This document shows, in pieces, positions 11,615-23,931 of a stretch of DNA of 36,307 nt. The stretch is taken from positions 37,320,337-37,356,643 of the forward strand of contig NC_057718.1 of NCBI RefSeq assembly GCF_004010195.1, read 5' to 3'. The first letter of the stretch is position 1. Each line of letters opens with the position of its first letter. The position numbers were made by a program, and so were the translations under genes. This DNA comes from Chiloscyllium plagiosum (Eukaryota). Under the pieces are notes generated by a model, which made no database searches, was not told the origin of the DNA, and saw only the letters and a program-made list of their open reading frames with translations.

Positions 11615-12345
11615 GAATGAGTTATATTGATGTAGCAACGTCCATAATCACAAAGCATCGCGAAACACTTGAGACCAGATGATATTCTTTGAAGTGTAGT
11701 CACGTTTGTACTGAAGGTAATGCAGGAGTCAGCTTTTGCAAAGCCAGGTCCTGTAAACAGCAATGAAATAATGACCACACAATCTGTTTTCAGGTTTTGG
11801 CTAAGGGATACATTTTGGAAAGGACACTGGAGAGATCCTCCTTTTCTTCATTGAACCAGTATCATAGGATATCGTATCATTATACATCCACCTGAGAGAG
11901 AAGACAGGACATTGAGTTAATAGTACTTTATGCCAGACTCCCTCAGTGGTCATAGATATTCCACTCAAGTCTATGAATTTCTTTTTATTCATTCATGGGA
12001 TGAGGGCATTTATTGCCCAATCCGAATTGCCAGGAGGGCAGTTAAGAGTAAACCACATTGCTGTGCATCTAGAATCACCAGGTTGCCTAAGATAAGTCTA
12101 GCAGTTTCCTTTTTTAGTGGACTTTAGTGAACCAGATGGATTCTTCCCCGATGATTGGCAATGAATTTATTGAATTCAAATTCCACCATCTACCCTGGGG
12201 GGATTCAAACCTGGGTCTCCAGAACATTATTTGGGTCAATGGATGGACAGTCCAATGATAATTTCATTAGGCCATTGCCTCCCCTAATTCAAATTTAAAT
12301 GCATAATCTTCTGACTCAGAGGCAAGAACTGAACCAGAGCTGACA
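11615..12345 (-). mobile_element. DeuSINE (SacSINE1/AmnSINE1-related), split by a younger SINE
   Basis: Minus strand CTCTCAGGTGGATGTA..CAGTGTCCT..AAACAGATTGTGTGGTCATTATTTCATTGCTGTTT..GTGACTACACTTCAAA matches the Deu domain as I recall it. Head (TTGCCTCTGAGTCAGAAG) lies at about 12305-12345. Confidence 0.7.
11981..12284 (-). mobile_element. SINE family C nested in the DeuSINE
   Basis: Reverse-complement similarity to 9195-9498, including B-box GGTTTGAATCCC, CCATCTGGTTCACTAA and the TGAATGAATAAAAA tail. Confidence 0.8.
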
Positions 12346-12854
12346 TAAAACAAGAAATCATCTGAAATACAGACAGAAATTTCAGACCACTGAGTTGCAT
12401 TTGAATGGGAAAGAGCAATTTGATTTGGGAGTGGGGTTTTAAAGCTAGGGCAGTTGACAGTATATCAGGAATCAGGCTGAAAAGTATGCAGTTGTTTGAA
12501 CTTCAGGCTGCCTGCACAGACTCCCCTCAGGGATCTTATCAATCGCTCACTCAATACACTCTCGTCATTTTAATGTAGGTCTGTGAGTTTCTCAGGATTT
12601 CAGAAGCTTGCCAGTGAAACCATGCGTCTGTAAGAATATTAATTGTGATGTTAATTAAGACTGATTTAGTACAGTAGCAGGGTGGTAACCTGATTCAGTC
12701 TTTGAAAGACGGATTTTTATGAATAGTGAGCACACACTTAGGAAGTGATAGCACAATTGAAGATATTGGAGAGAAAAGGGATGTTCGAAATGGAGCCAGC
12801 TCAGGTGACTTAATGTTGATCAACGTCTGAAGAGAAAGAGAGATCCTTATAATA

Positions 12855-12980
12855 TTAAAAATCACACAACACCAAGTTATAGTCCAACAGGTTTATCTGG
12901 AAACACTAGCTTTCAGAGCGCTGCTCCTTCATCAGGTAACTGTAGAGCAGAATCATGAGACTCAGAATTTATAGCAAAAT
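12855..12980 (-). mobile_element. Penelope-like terminal repeat fragment, family A, with hammerhead core
   Basis: Near-identical to the arms starting at 23581 and 29718. Confidence 0.8.
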
Positions 12981-12989
12981 ATTAGTTAC

Positions 12990-13321
12990 TCTGACAACAA
13001 GGAACCAGGTTAATTCCACCCTCGGGCAATTGTCTGTATAGAGTTTGCACATTCTCCCTTTGTCTGTGGGTTTCCTACAAGTGCTCCGGTTTCCTCCCAC
13101 CATCCAAAAATGTGCAAATTAGCTGGATTGGCAAGTGAAATTGCCCATGGTGTCCAGGAATGTGCAGGCTGGTTGTATGAGCCATGGGAAACGCAGAATT
13201 AAAGCAATAGGATACAGAGTTGGGTCTGGGTAGGATGCTCTTCAGAGGGACAGTGTGACCTGATGGGCTGAATGGTCTGCTTCCACACTGTGGGGATTCT
13301 ATAATTCATTCTATGATTCTA
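12990..13321 (+). mobile_element. HE1 V-SINE, older and 5'-truncated
   Basis: GAGTTTGCACATTCTCCC..GTGCTCCGGTTTCCTCCCAC V-domain; CR1-like tail ending ATTCTATGATTCTA. Confidence 0.88.
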
Positions 13322-14330
13322 AGAAAGCTTTGGAGACCAGATAGTAGAGTCAAAAGGGCAAGAGGTGGGTCTCTTTGATAAAATGAGCCAGGAGACAGCA
13401 TAAGGGGGGATAGGTGAGTACAGTAATTAGCAAAAGTTTTGGGTTCAGGGCAATGGTGAGGGAATATGGGAAGAGGTTCAGTTGGTGTGCACCGCAAAGA
13501 CGATTTTGGGAGGGGGGAGAGGAACAGGAGAGGCAGCAAAATTCATGTGCACTTCACATTCCTCCCATTGGTGATGGGTGTGAGCTTATATATTGCTGTT
13601 GGTTAAGTGAGAATTTCACACTCTTTTACTTTGGGTGGTGTCAGTGTTTATTCAGCTTCACAAATATTCCAGTATTTCCACAGAACATTTCCTCCAAATA
13701 ACACAAAAGCGTATTCCCAGAATAAATAAATCTTCCTGCCCGACAGTGTCCAAATTGTTTAAGAATCAGTTTTACAAGCTGCTTCTAATGGATGAAAATA
13801 GTTAACAGCTATATGATTTCGCAAACAACTGATCTCGCAGGAGAGTTAAAAGGGAATGCAGTTTCTTGGAATTAATAACTCTTTCAATAACAATATTCCT
13901 TTTGTGCCAGATAAGATCTTGGCACTTTAGAAGACATAAACAACTGTTCACTTTGTCATTCTCTTTTGTTTAATGGACTTGTATTTCATCAACTGCTTTG
14001 CCAAATATTCTAAGGAATTGCAGTAACTCCAAACCATAATATTGTTCTTCAAATCTAATTTATAATTGTCAACTTTAAATTTGCACGGTAATCTCAGGTG
14101 GCTCAGTTTACATTGTCTTAATGTATTCAGGAGAGATACTACATAGAAACAAGTCTTCCCTCATTAATTTGGCATTGTTTCATGTCTCGGTTCTGCCGAA
14201 TGTGGTACGTTAACAGAAAAAGACATCTGAATTCTCTCGTTGTTGCTTCATCATTACTAGTTGAATACAAGCAACTAGTCACAATGCATTAGAAACTAAT
14301 GACTAGGCAATTCCATCTCTACAACCTCAG

Positions 14331-14396
14331 GGAGTCCCCAGCACAGGGGCGTTCATTCAGCATAGATGATGTTTCACAACCAATCTGGAGACGCCA
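14331..14396 (+). CDS. Candidate 66-nt exon (ESPAQGRSFSIDDVSQPIWRR), product unknown
   Basis: TTCCATCTCTACAACCTCAG acceptor, CA|GTAAGA donor, symmetric phase 2-2, locally GC/CpG-richer. Confidence 0.2.
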
Positions 14397-14844
14397 GTAA
14401 GAGGTTCTGTGGTGCTCCTGACAGTGGAAAATATACAATATACAATATTTCAGTCATGTTTATAAGGAAAGCAACTTTCTTTTGCTATCTCTGAGAAAGA
14501 AGCTTTGTTTCGGTCCAACAGAAAAATGAAGCTTTTGTTAAATTTCATCTTTGTATTAATAATGTAACTGGTCTTTCGTCTCAGGGAGAATGCTGCAGCA
14601 AAATGGTACCAATGTTCTGACCTGCAAACTCTTCAAGTCCAAATGCTGTAAATTTTCCCTGTTTTATATCTCACACTAGTCATGCTGTGCATTACTAAGT
14701 TGTTGATAACAATCAGTTCTGCTTCTCCATTTTCTTCATGACTTCTCCACTCCTTCTGGGCTGTCAGATTACTTATGGACCATCCAGGCTTGGATAAGTG
14801 CTGACGTGTGTGTTTTAAATAAACTCTACTTACTGACTAAATTG

Positions 14845-14975
14845 GATTCTTCATGGGATGGAGGTGTCATTGGCTAACCCAATATTTGTTGCCATCCCTA
14901 ACTGCCCTTGAGAAGATAATGGTGAGCCAGGTTGTTAACCTGCTTCAGTCCATGTTACGTTAGTACATCCACTGT
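14845..14975 (-). mobile_element. Old 3' fragment of the 32577-33874 LINE family
   Basis: TGCCATCCCTAACTGCCCTTGAGAAGAT..GGTGAGC is the reverse complement of that LINE's 3' end. Confidence 0.6.
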
Positions 14976-15014
14976 CTTAAGTAACTGGACTTTCTGCAAG
15001 TCTGGCTGTAAGAC

Positions 15015-15608
15015 AAGTAAGGAGGCTTTGCTAAAACTTTACAAGGCATTAGTCAGACCACAGCTGGAATACCGTGAACAGCCTTGGGTACCTTATCTAA
15101 AGAAAGATACCTGGACATTAGTTGCAGTCCAGAGGAGGTGCAGTCTGCTGATTATGGGAATGGAGAGACTGTTTATAAAGATAGGTTGTGTTGATTAGAT
15201 CTGCTCTCATTGGAATTTGAAAAAAAATGAGATACAACCTTATTGAAACATCTAAGTTTTTTAGGGGACTTCACAGTGCAGATGCAGAAAGGTGGCTTCT
15301 TCTTGTGGGAGAGCCTAGAATCAAAGGAGAAAATCTCAGAATAAGGGATTGATATTTAAAACAGAGATGAAGAGAAATTTCTTTTCCCAGAGGATAGCGT
15401 ACCTGTGGAATTCTTTATGAGGCTATTCATTAAGTACATTCAAGGCTGAGATTGACAGATTTTTAATCAGTAATGGAATCAAGGGTTGTGGGGAAAAGGC
15501 AGGAAAGTAGGGTTGAGGATTATCAGATCAACCATGATCTCAGTAAATGGTAGAGAAGACTTGATGAGCTAAATAGTTTACTTCTTCTCCTATGTGTTGT
15601 GGTCTTAT
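15015..15608 (+). mobile_element. CR1 LINE 3' end, decayed
   Basis: SKEALLKLYKALVRPQLEY..WVPYLKKD..VQRR (ORF 14932-15198); typical CR1 3' UTR ending CTTCTCCTATGTG..GGTCTTAT. Confidence 0.9.
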
Positions 15609-15642
15609 TTGGCTATGTTGTGTAGATAATTGACTGAGATAT

Positions 15643-16285
15643 GGGGCAGGATTTTGGCTTTGGGGTGGGAACTATCATTGAAGAATGAAAGCGGAGTCCT
15701 GCTCACACTGAGTTAGAATTTTGTGACATGGCTTTGAACAATTGGTTAGTTAATAGGCAGAATCCAAGCTCACTTTCCAGTTAAAGTTGCCGGTTGACTT
15801 GCCAACACGACAGACACCTAAGACTCAGACAGCAGTAGCCTGCCAATGCCAGGAAGGAAGAGAAAGGGTGCCTCAAGTTGGAGGTGCTCTCTCTCTCTCT
15901 CAGCTTTTTCAAAACTTTTAAAATGAAAATGGCAACTGCTGTTGAGTCATCATTGTGAAGGTGCCCTGGTAGTTGGCTTCCTTAATTTACCACTACAGCC
16001 CACCTTCCTTCTCTGGGTGGTGTTTCTGCTACTACAGGAGACCTGTTTACTTACTGAAAAATCCAGTTAGTGTGAGTGTGAGGCATTAATAGGTCTCTCA
16101 ACTGTCTTTATGATTGACCCACAGCTTGTGAGCGAGCAGTCCTTGTGTCCGTGGATTAGCTGTTTCCAAATTGCTTGACAGAGAGAATTGCTTTTGCAAA
16201 TTAGCATTTTGGCCAGTTGTTGACATTTTGGGATGACTTAGTTCCATTCCTGCTTCCACCAACCAGCCACAGTGCTGAAAATGTA
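15643..16285. repeat. Unclassified old repeat, possibly a non-autonomous DNA transposon
   Basis: Starts GGGGCAGGATTTT; contains an internal AAAATCCAG; GC-richer than the flanks. Confidence 0.3.
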
Positions 16286-16291
16286 TATGAG

Positions 16292-16925
16292 CATATCAGT
16301 TAGAAGAAGGAATAGGCCACTTGAATCCCCAGCCTGGTTACACATGCAATAAGTTCGTGGCTGATGTGTTTATAATCTGAACTCCACATTCTCACCTACC
16401 TCCGATAGCCTTTTACTCTCTTGCTTAAAAAAACACTGTCCATCTTTGCCTTAAAAACATTCAAAGTCTTTGATTCCAAAGCCTTTGAGGAAAGGAGCCC
16501 CGAAGACTCACAACCCTCTAGGGAAATAAAACCTTTGCCTCATTTCTGTGTTAAATGGCTGATTCTCTGTTTTGAAACCATGACTTCTAGTTCTAGATTG
16601 TCTCAAAAGAGGAAGCATCATCTCAACATCCACCCTATCAAACCCCACACCACCAACCCAAGATCTGAAACATTTCAACCAAATCACCTCTCATTCTTAT
16701 AAACTTGAACAGACACTCACCTAGCCTGTTAAATCATTGCACAGAAACAATCCGCTCATATTAGTCTGCTGAGATACCTCTGAACAGCTTCCAATGCAAT
16801 TATTTAAATAAGGAGCCCATAGTGCAAATGTGGGCTCACCAGTTCCATGCATAACTGAAGCATAACTTTCCTATTATTCTATTCAATTCCCCTCTCAATA
16901 AATGATGTCATCCTATTAGCTTTCC
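16292..16925 (-). mobile_element. CR1 LINE 3' end, decayed
   Basis: Minus strand resembles ANRM..FIERGIE..LV.PHL..WAPY..ALEAVQR.; the 3' UTR appears reversed as AGAAGGAATAGGCCAC at about 16305. Confidence 0.8.
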
Positions 16926-16927
16926 TA

Positions 16928-17185
16928 ATTTTTTGAAAAGGTGACCAGGTGCATAGATGAGGTCAATGTGTTGGATGCAGGCAATTTGGAGACTGATGGG
17001 AGACTGATAGCGAATGTAACAGGCCATGGGATCCACGGAAATTTAACTAATTGGATCGAAAATTGGCTGAGTGGGTGGAAGCAAATGGTGATAGTTACGA
17101 GATATTATTGTGACTGGAAGCCTGTATCGGTGAGACTTCCACAGAAATCGGAGTCGGGGACTCTTGCTGTTTGTGGTATATATAA
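16928..17185 (+). mobile_element. CR1 RT-domain fragment
   Basis: FFEKVTRCIDEVN..HGIHGNLTNWIENWLSGWKQMVIV..DWKPVSVRLPQKS (ORF 16941-17213). Confidence 0.85.
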
Positions 17186-17348
17186 AGTGCAGGAGAAACT
17201 CAGCAAAATTTGAAGGATCTATGGAAAATTAACATTTTTTGGAGAAAGAGTCAGATTGAACTCAAAACCTTAACTGTGTTGTGCTCTTCTCAGATGCTGC
17301 AAACCTGTCGAGTTTCTCTCGCATTTTCTGTTTTTATTTCAGTTTTCA
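17186..17348. mobile_element. Penelope-like family B element with short inverted arms
   Basis: TGCAGGAGAAACTCAGCA..AGATGCTGCAAACCTGTCGAGTTTCTCTCGCATTTTCTG; related to 6748-6900. Confidence 0.55.
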
Positions 17349-17349
17349 A

Positions 17350-17589
17350 TTTTTTAATTTATTCACAGGATGTGGGTATCGTTGGCTGGGCCAGTATTTA
17401 CTGACCATCCCTCATTGCCCAGAGCACAGTTAAGAGTTAATCACATAGCTGTGATTCTGGAGTCACATGTAGGCCAGACCAGTTAAGGATGGAAGTTTCC
17501 TTCCCGAAAGGACAAAGCCAGGTGGGATTCTTTTTGACAATTGGCAACGGATTCATGGTCATCATTAGATATTCATTGAATTGAAATTT
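17350..17589 (-). mobile_element. SINE family C, 5'-truncated
   Basis: Reverse-complement similarity to about 9240-9498. Confidence 0.8.
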
Positions 17590-17634
17590 CACATTAGCAG
17601 TTCTGAGTTGCTGACCTGTTTTATGTCCCTCCCA
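17590..17634. repeat. Inverted repeat copy 1 (45 bp; partner at 18909-18953)
   Basis: 44/45 identity to the reverse complement of 18909-18953. Confidence 0.95.
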
Positions 17635-17636
17635 TA

Positions 17637-17977
17637 AATCATAGAATCCCTACAGTGGAAGCAGGCAATTTGGCCCATCGATTCACACCGACCCTCCAAA
17701 GAACATTTCACCCAGACGCACCCTACCATCTAATCCGTATAAACCTGCATTTAATCTGGCTAACCCACCTAGCCTGCATGTCCCTGGACATTATGGGCAG
17801 TTAGCATAGTCAATCCACCCAATCTGCACATCTTTGGACTGTGGGAGGAAACTAGAGCACCCAGAGGAAACCCATGTCGACACGGGGAGAATGTGCAAAC
17901 TCCACATAGACAGTCGCCCGTGGATGGAATTGAATTCCTGGTGCTGTGAGGCAGCAGTGCTAACCACTGAGCCACTG
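17637..17977 (-). mobile_element. HE1 V-SINE, near full length
   Basis: Minus strand CAGTGGCTCAGTGGTTAGCACTG head, V-domain, and GGGATTCTATGATT tail. Confidence 0.92.
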
Positions 17978-18908
17978 ACTCACCCCAAACTGATGGCATG
18001 ATTTGCATACCTGGCAGAACTCCCTTGGGCATATGTAATGCCCGCAGTAATGCTCCAAACAGCATTGTGGCCAGTGTGGGCTGCGTACTAAGTGGGCAGA
18101 AATGGCAAACATACCATTTTCCATCCAACTGGCTTCCATAATGCTGAACTGGCCAGTGTTTGGAGGCAAATTTTGTGGCCTAAGAAATTAAGTGAGATTG
18201 GGAATATTATGATGATGAAATGTTATATATATTCTCTCCAAATGAAACTGCTTAGGGTCTACTTCCACCTTGGTGTATACATAACTGGCGATTTCTCCCT
18301 TAGGAAGAAAAAGGATTAAGTACAAGGGAATACTTGGAAGGAAGGATACACATAATTCTTATGACTGTGTACACTATGCTTCTAGATGACCTATATGTGG
18401 CCCAAGCTCTTTATAAGCTATACATTTGGCACATATAAATATGTTCCAGATGACTGCTACACTGATTAGAACACAAACATGTTCAAATGGTTGCAGATGC
18501 AAGCAATTATTAGCGATATTGTATATTGCTGAACCGTGCAAGCTACCCGACTCAATTGAAGACTGTTGATACGAGCACTCCTATGACAAGGGCAAATGTT
18601 CCTTTTAATCAAGCATTCCTCTTAAGTGAACATTCGGCGATGGAAAATAAATTGCTTACTGCTTTCATGTAAACACTCTTGTTAACAGTGTTTTCACATT
18701 GTTTCTGACATCTCATGTGCCAAAATGTCTACCCATATTAATAGTTACAATAGTTCATACAATACATGTAACATGAGCTGATTTTAAGTCTTTTATCTTG
18801 TCAGTATCTGTCTACGATTCACATTCATTCAGGTAAATCTTGACTTTCTGAACTTATGTAATAATGTGCACAAACTTTATTTTGCTTGAAATGAACTGAA
18901 GTGAAATT

Positions 18909-18953
18909 TGGGAGGGACATAAAACAGGTCAGCAACTCAGAACTGCTATTGTG
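18909..18953. repeat. Inverted repeat copy 2
   Basis: TGGGAGGGACATAAAACAGGTCAGCAACTCAGAACTGCTATTGTG. Confidence 0.95.
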
Positions 18954-20149
18954 TGTTATTTTTGAATTTTGCAACTGTTGAACTTAAACCTGATAGATCA
19001 AATGTCAGCCATTCCGCCCATTCTGTGAGGCAACCTTTTTCAGCCACTTTTTTCCACTGAATGTGGTAAAGGTTCTGAAAAGATTAATGTTCATGTTCCA
19101 TTGCTTCAATCCTTTCTACTGAGGTTGCATACAGTCTGTGTTGGGGACAAGGATTTCTGCTCCAGAGGGAGCAGATGTATCCCTTCATGATTCCAAGGGT
19201 CCTAATAATTATGGCTGACCAAACGTAGTTGCACATATTGCCATCATGCAATAAACTTTATTAATTTCTATTGTAGATACTGCTGTATCCTCTATCAATA
19301 ATAATTAGATAGACCCAGCCAAAGCAAAGACAAAAGGAGGACTGGTGCTACCAAACTATTTCAAATAGCCCTTACCAAGTGCCACACATAATATGAGGGA
19401 TAGCAAATACCGCAAGGTAACAAGTCATCTGGTGAAATACCTAGACCTGAGTGACAGTACTTCTGATGGCCAAAACAATGTTTTCAGTTTCCTAATGTTA
19501 ATTCAATATTTTCCAACAGTCCCAAAACATGCTCCAAAAATATATCAGTCAGCTAAATTTTCTTGAAGTTTAAATTAAGTCAAAAGCGATTTCTGACCAG
19601 TTATGCCTCTCCAAAAATAACGAACAATTAGTTAAAGACTTCACTTCTTTTAAGCACTTCACTGTGTTGTTTTCTGGAGCACATATCCAGCTAGGTTCAC
19701 TTCCTGGCTTTAATCCTGGCCCAGTTTTCAAAGCAAGCACTAAACAAATCAACTTAAATCCTTGCTTTCCACTCTACTCACACTCCCTGCCCCAATTCAT
19801 CAACACCTTCAATGATTACATGAGTCTGACTGGGCAGGATTTTAGATTAAACTAATTAGGGAGTTAACAGACAAATCCAGTTTCAGTAAATTTGCAACTT
19901 TGTGCAAAATATTAACAGCAGTCATTGAAGGTGCCCTTTCCCAGGACCACGGCAAGGCAGGACAACTATGACTGCATATTTTTAGATCGACAGAGTGGAG
20001 TTATGGATCTAAGTTTGCTGAAAATGTGTATCCGGTTGAATATTTCAAAGACATAAATATGTGTAGTAAAATGGAGGTAGTTCATTGCTCCTTAAGAGTA
20101 TGCAGGAGAATATTGGATTTTAATTTATATCAATATTTGAAATGGAATC

Positions 20150-21010
20150 ATGAGTGGAATCTTCCCAGGCCTCAAATGATGTAGGCTGTGAAAAGAAATT
20201 TCGGAGAATCATCTGAGATGTCAAGCAAAGTCTTTCTCGATATCGAGGTCTCTCCACACATCACGGCACATCTCCGAGCAACTTCCAGTATGCTTTTGCA
20301 CTGTCATGCTGCATTTTGGAGCACATGGGCATCTTTCATTGCAATGCTGCTGCAAGGAGACGTGCTCAGCAACAGGAACCCAGCTCACAAACAGGAAAAG
20401 GCTGCATCTCAGGCCTGCCTCATGGCTCACTTAGTGTTTACTCACTTTGCATCTACCCAGTTGCTCACAGCATCCTTGCCTTGCTATGCCTTGTCATGCC
20501 TTGCTTTTTGGCACTTTGCCCCCTTGGCCGTGCCCTGAAGGCTCACAGTACATCTGCCTAGCATTGCAGTTTAGGCAGATTGTCAAACATCTCACCAATT
20601 GTCAGTCAAGGTGTGGTCATTTCACTGAACTGCACAGTGCTACGTCAGTGATACACCTGCACCATCTGCCAGCTGTGTACATGACAAAGACACTACTTCA
20701 AACAAGTGGCCATGCTCCCACGGCCAAGGAGTCCTGACACTAAATCAAGGGAAGCCCCTGAGATCAGCCCAGGAGCTTGGGCATGGTTCGGCAGTCAGTC
20801 GGGGTGGTCAGCCTTAGGGGATTTGTACTTCTGCAGTCTGGAATGTGGGTGCCCGTCAACTGCATGGGTCAAACCATCCAGGGGATCATGGGAACCCAAT
20901 CTGGGAGCTGTACAGATATCAGTCAGGAGCCTGATCCCTCATTGATGGGAGCTGCCTGTCTGGGTCATTCAATGCAATGGGTCACAGGCAATCCTGGGGA
21001 TTGTCTGCTG
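20150..21010. repeat. Unclassified GC-richer island, probably an old repeat
   Basis: Sharp composition shift; overlapping ORFs without recognisable protein motifs. Confidence 0.3.
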
Positions 21011-21241
21011 CATTCATTCATATTTTCAATCCTTTAAGTTAATCGTCTGGATCTTTGTTCTGAAATATTAAAATTGCTTCTCAGCTGTAATCTATATTTG
21101 GCTTCAACATGATTTTCTTTTATACATGCAGAATACATCCAATCAGAAGAAATCGCAAGGTCCAGATTTATATACAGACTTAGAAAGAGAGGCACAGAAG
21201 AGTCTAGCTGTACCCCTGAAGGGAAAAAAAAACAGACTAAC

Positions 21242-21281
21242 AAAAACATAGGACAATAAAAACATAGGACAATAAAAACAT
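21242..21281. repeat. 16-bp tandem repeat (AAAAACATAGGACAAT) x2.5
   Basis: Directly visible. Confidence 0.95.
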
Positions 21282-23302
21282 CGGCTGATTTCTCTCTGAA
21301 CCTGGAAGATGAAATGAGTTTCATGGGTAACCACAAGTACATTACTCAATAATGAACTTATCTTTCACAGACTATCATATCAGTGTCCTCCAGGAACCTA
21401 TCCAACTTCCTTTTTAACAATTGCATCAAATTCAGACATTGCAAAAGCCAGCAATATTTTACATTCTACAAAAATGAAATTGCTCAATAGCCATCCAAAG
21501 ACTAAGATTATGTAACTTTCCGCCTGTTCCCATATTTTTAAAAATGTATCAAGTTCAAATAGTCCATGCAGATAAGCATAGTCTAATCCTTATATCATTT
21601 TCAATATTTAAATCTAAACTAAAAACAAAACTATCCCAATTCTATTACATGCACTTGGAAATTTCAGATATTTTATCTAATAACTCTTCTCTTAATCTTT
21701 TCCATGATCACAATATCTCTCGTCCTGTAACCAGACCAGAAATGGACATAGTCAGTTTGACTTTAACCCCTCGCTAAAGGAGAATGAGGGAATGGAAAAG
21801 AGATGTATCTCAGCTAAAAGTGGTGCAGCATCCTACTCCCTGGATCTATGCCCCTTTTTGTCATGTTTTTTTTACAGATGTATTTTGTGTTTGAGTGCCA
21901 AATTAAAATATAAATGTCATCATTCAAATTTCAATGTTATGTTCGCTATTTGTCAGTGCTCAGTGCCTACATTGCCAGAAACTCCAGATGTCAAACGTAG
22001 CATGCTGAAAGAAGCTAGGAGAAGGGCACTTTGGCTGTCTTCTGACTGCAACAAATGATGTATATTGGATTTTTAAAAGAAGTTTCAATCCATTTCTTGT
22101 GGTTAACAATTGCATGTGATTGTTTATATTCTGGCAAGAAAAGTAGGGAAATTGTTATCAGTGACTCATTTTAGATTGAAAATCTAATTGATTGGATAGG
22201 CCTAACTTTTTAATGCTGAAATGAATAAAAATTCATGAAATAAATTATGTCAAACCTAACAATATAGTTAACTCTTTCTGAGGAAGATTAGTGGTTTTGC
22301 TGATTCAATGATCTGAATGTTTAAATTTCCCTCTATAAATTATAGCTGACTCTCACCAATTAACCAGCTTTTAAATTACAACTCTCTGAATATATTAAAT
22401 TGTCATAATCTTCTATTCTATTCCAAAAGAAGACACTTTTCTTTAAACTTTACTACCTGAGCACAAATTAACTTTCTGCTATTATTTGATATAAAGAACC
22501 AAACGTTCTGTTATTTCTGTTCCAACTTCAACTCTCACTCTTGCATATTGATAAAGCAATATTTCAGTGTTGGCAGTTGATTTTTTGGAGCAAAATGCAA
22601 AAGATTTGGTATATGTTTAAAGCAAATATTTATTATTGTCACCATTATTCAGTGTAACATATTAAAGTTATTCTCTGTTAACACTTGTTCTGAAGGATGA
22701 TCAATCGGATAGTTTCACTTATTCAACAAGGGCTGCCAAATAATCATGAGTGTTTACAGCTGTTTCATCCTATAATAAGGTGTCATTCAGTGCTGCTGTT
22801 TCAAGTAATTCATCACCAATGTATGCAGTGAAGCATGGTGGGGAGGTGATGCTATATACAGTCAAGAATATATACTCAACAGACACACAGTCAGTCAGTG
22901 GTGAAGGTCATAAATTCACTTCTACATCTTTCATCAGCAAAAACAATTTATTTGCTACAGCTGGATAGGTATTTGAAATAATTGGATGTGAAAAATCATA
23001 AATCTAACTTCCATCACAATAGTTGGCAACTATTCATTTCAAAACACAATGTTTTTTCTGAATAGGTTTTCTCAGTCTTTTTCTTGTATGAGATGATCCA
23101 CTGGTAGCCTGCCTAGCTAGTGGAAAGATGTCAGCATGTTGAAAACCTTGAAGATGCTCTTGGCTTCTAAGAAATGTGTGCTGAGGTCCATCAGTTCTGG
23201 ATGCAGACTACTGATACTCTGACTACTGTTAGAGCAGTCTGGCTGAACTAATGTGTTGGCACCATGATGAATGTTGGTTGAAGAAGTGCCCAAAGATTGG
23301 GT

Positions 23303-23410
23303 ATAAGAACATGGCAAGTTAGGAGCAGGCGTAGGCCTGTTGCATTATTTCAATAGATCATGTGACCTAACCCCATTACTTCCCTTGAGGTCCAAATCCT
23401 TTCATATTCC
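23303..23410 (-). mobile_element. CR1 3'-terminal fragment
   Basis: ATAAGAACAT..TAGGAGCAGGCGTAGGCC..TTCAATAGATCATG is a reversed CR1 3' UTR. Confidence 0.6.
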
Positions 23411-23630
23411 TGTCCAGACACCCGTGGAGAAGCCACTGCCACCAGCATTGTTGCGTGACTGGAGCTCCGCTGTTTGATTACATTGTGGAACAGCAAACTA
23501 CAGAAATTGCTGTTCATATTCAAAGCTGCTATTTATTTAGTCCATCAATCTGTCTCGGGTGAGCACTATTTCTGTTCAAGGTTACAAATCACACAACACC
23601 AGGTTATAGTCCAACGGGTTTAATTGGAAG

Positions 23631-23665
23631 CACTAGCTTTCGGAGCGTCGCTCCTTCATCAGGTG
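23631..23665 (-). ncRNA. Minimal type I hammerhead ribozyme motif
   Basis: Minus strand CAC-CUGAUGA-A-GGAGC(GAC)GCUCC-GAA-AGCU-A-GUG. Confidence 0.65.
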
Positions 23666-23931
23666 GTTGTGGAGTGCACAAATGTAAGACAAAATTTATA
23701 GCAAAAGTTTACAGTGTGATGTAACTGAAATTATACATTGAAAAATACCATGATTGTTTATTAAGTATCTAATCTGTTAGAATGACCATGATAGTTTCAC
23801 TTCTTTCATGTGTAAATCACAAAACTTTTTTTAAAAGTTACATTCTCAGGTTAACTGTAATAATTGGTGTCAACACAGATAATGAAAATACCTGACAGTC
23901 TTACAAGTCTTACAATTGTGCACTCCACAAC

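Noticed and set aside
17595..18948. hAT transposon bounded by the 45-bp inverted repeats
   Set aside because: The 8-bp flanks (TTTCACAT vs TTGTGTGT) do not match and there is no transposase remnant.
19315..19570. KTKGGLVLPNY, resembling the L1 GGLxLP motif
   Set aside because: A single short motif; the flanks give no further L1 support.
21034..21349. ORFs and splice-like signals on both strands
   Set aside because: No consistent donor/acceptor pair with an open frame; interrupted by a tandem repeat and an A-run.
22200..23040. Protein-like reading on the minus strand and ORF 22750-22968 (+), considered as a pseudogene or endogenous viral element
   Set aside because: Frequent stops and no recognisable motif; compatible with random AT-rich sequence. 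BLASTX would settle it.
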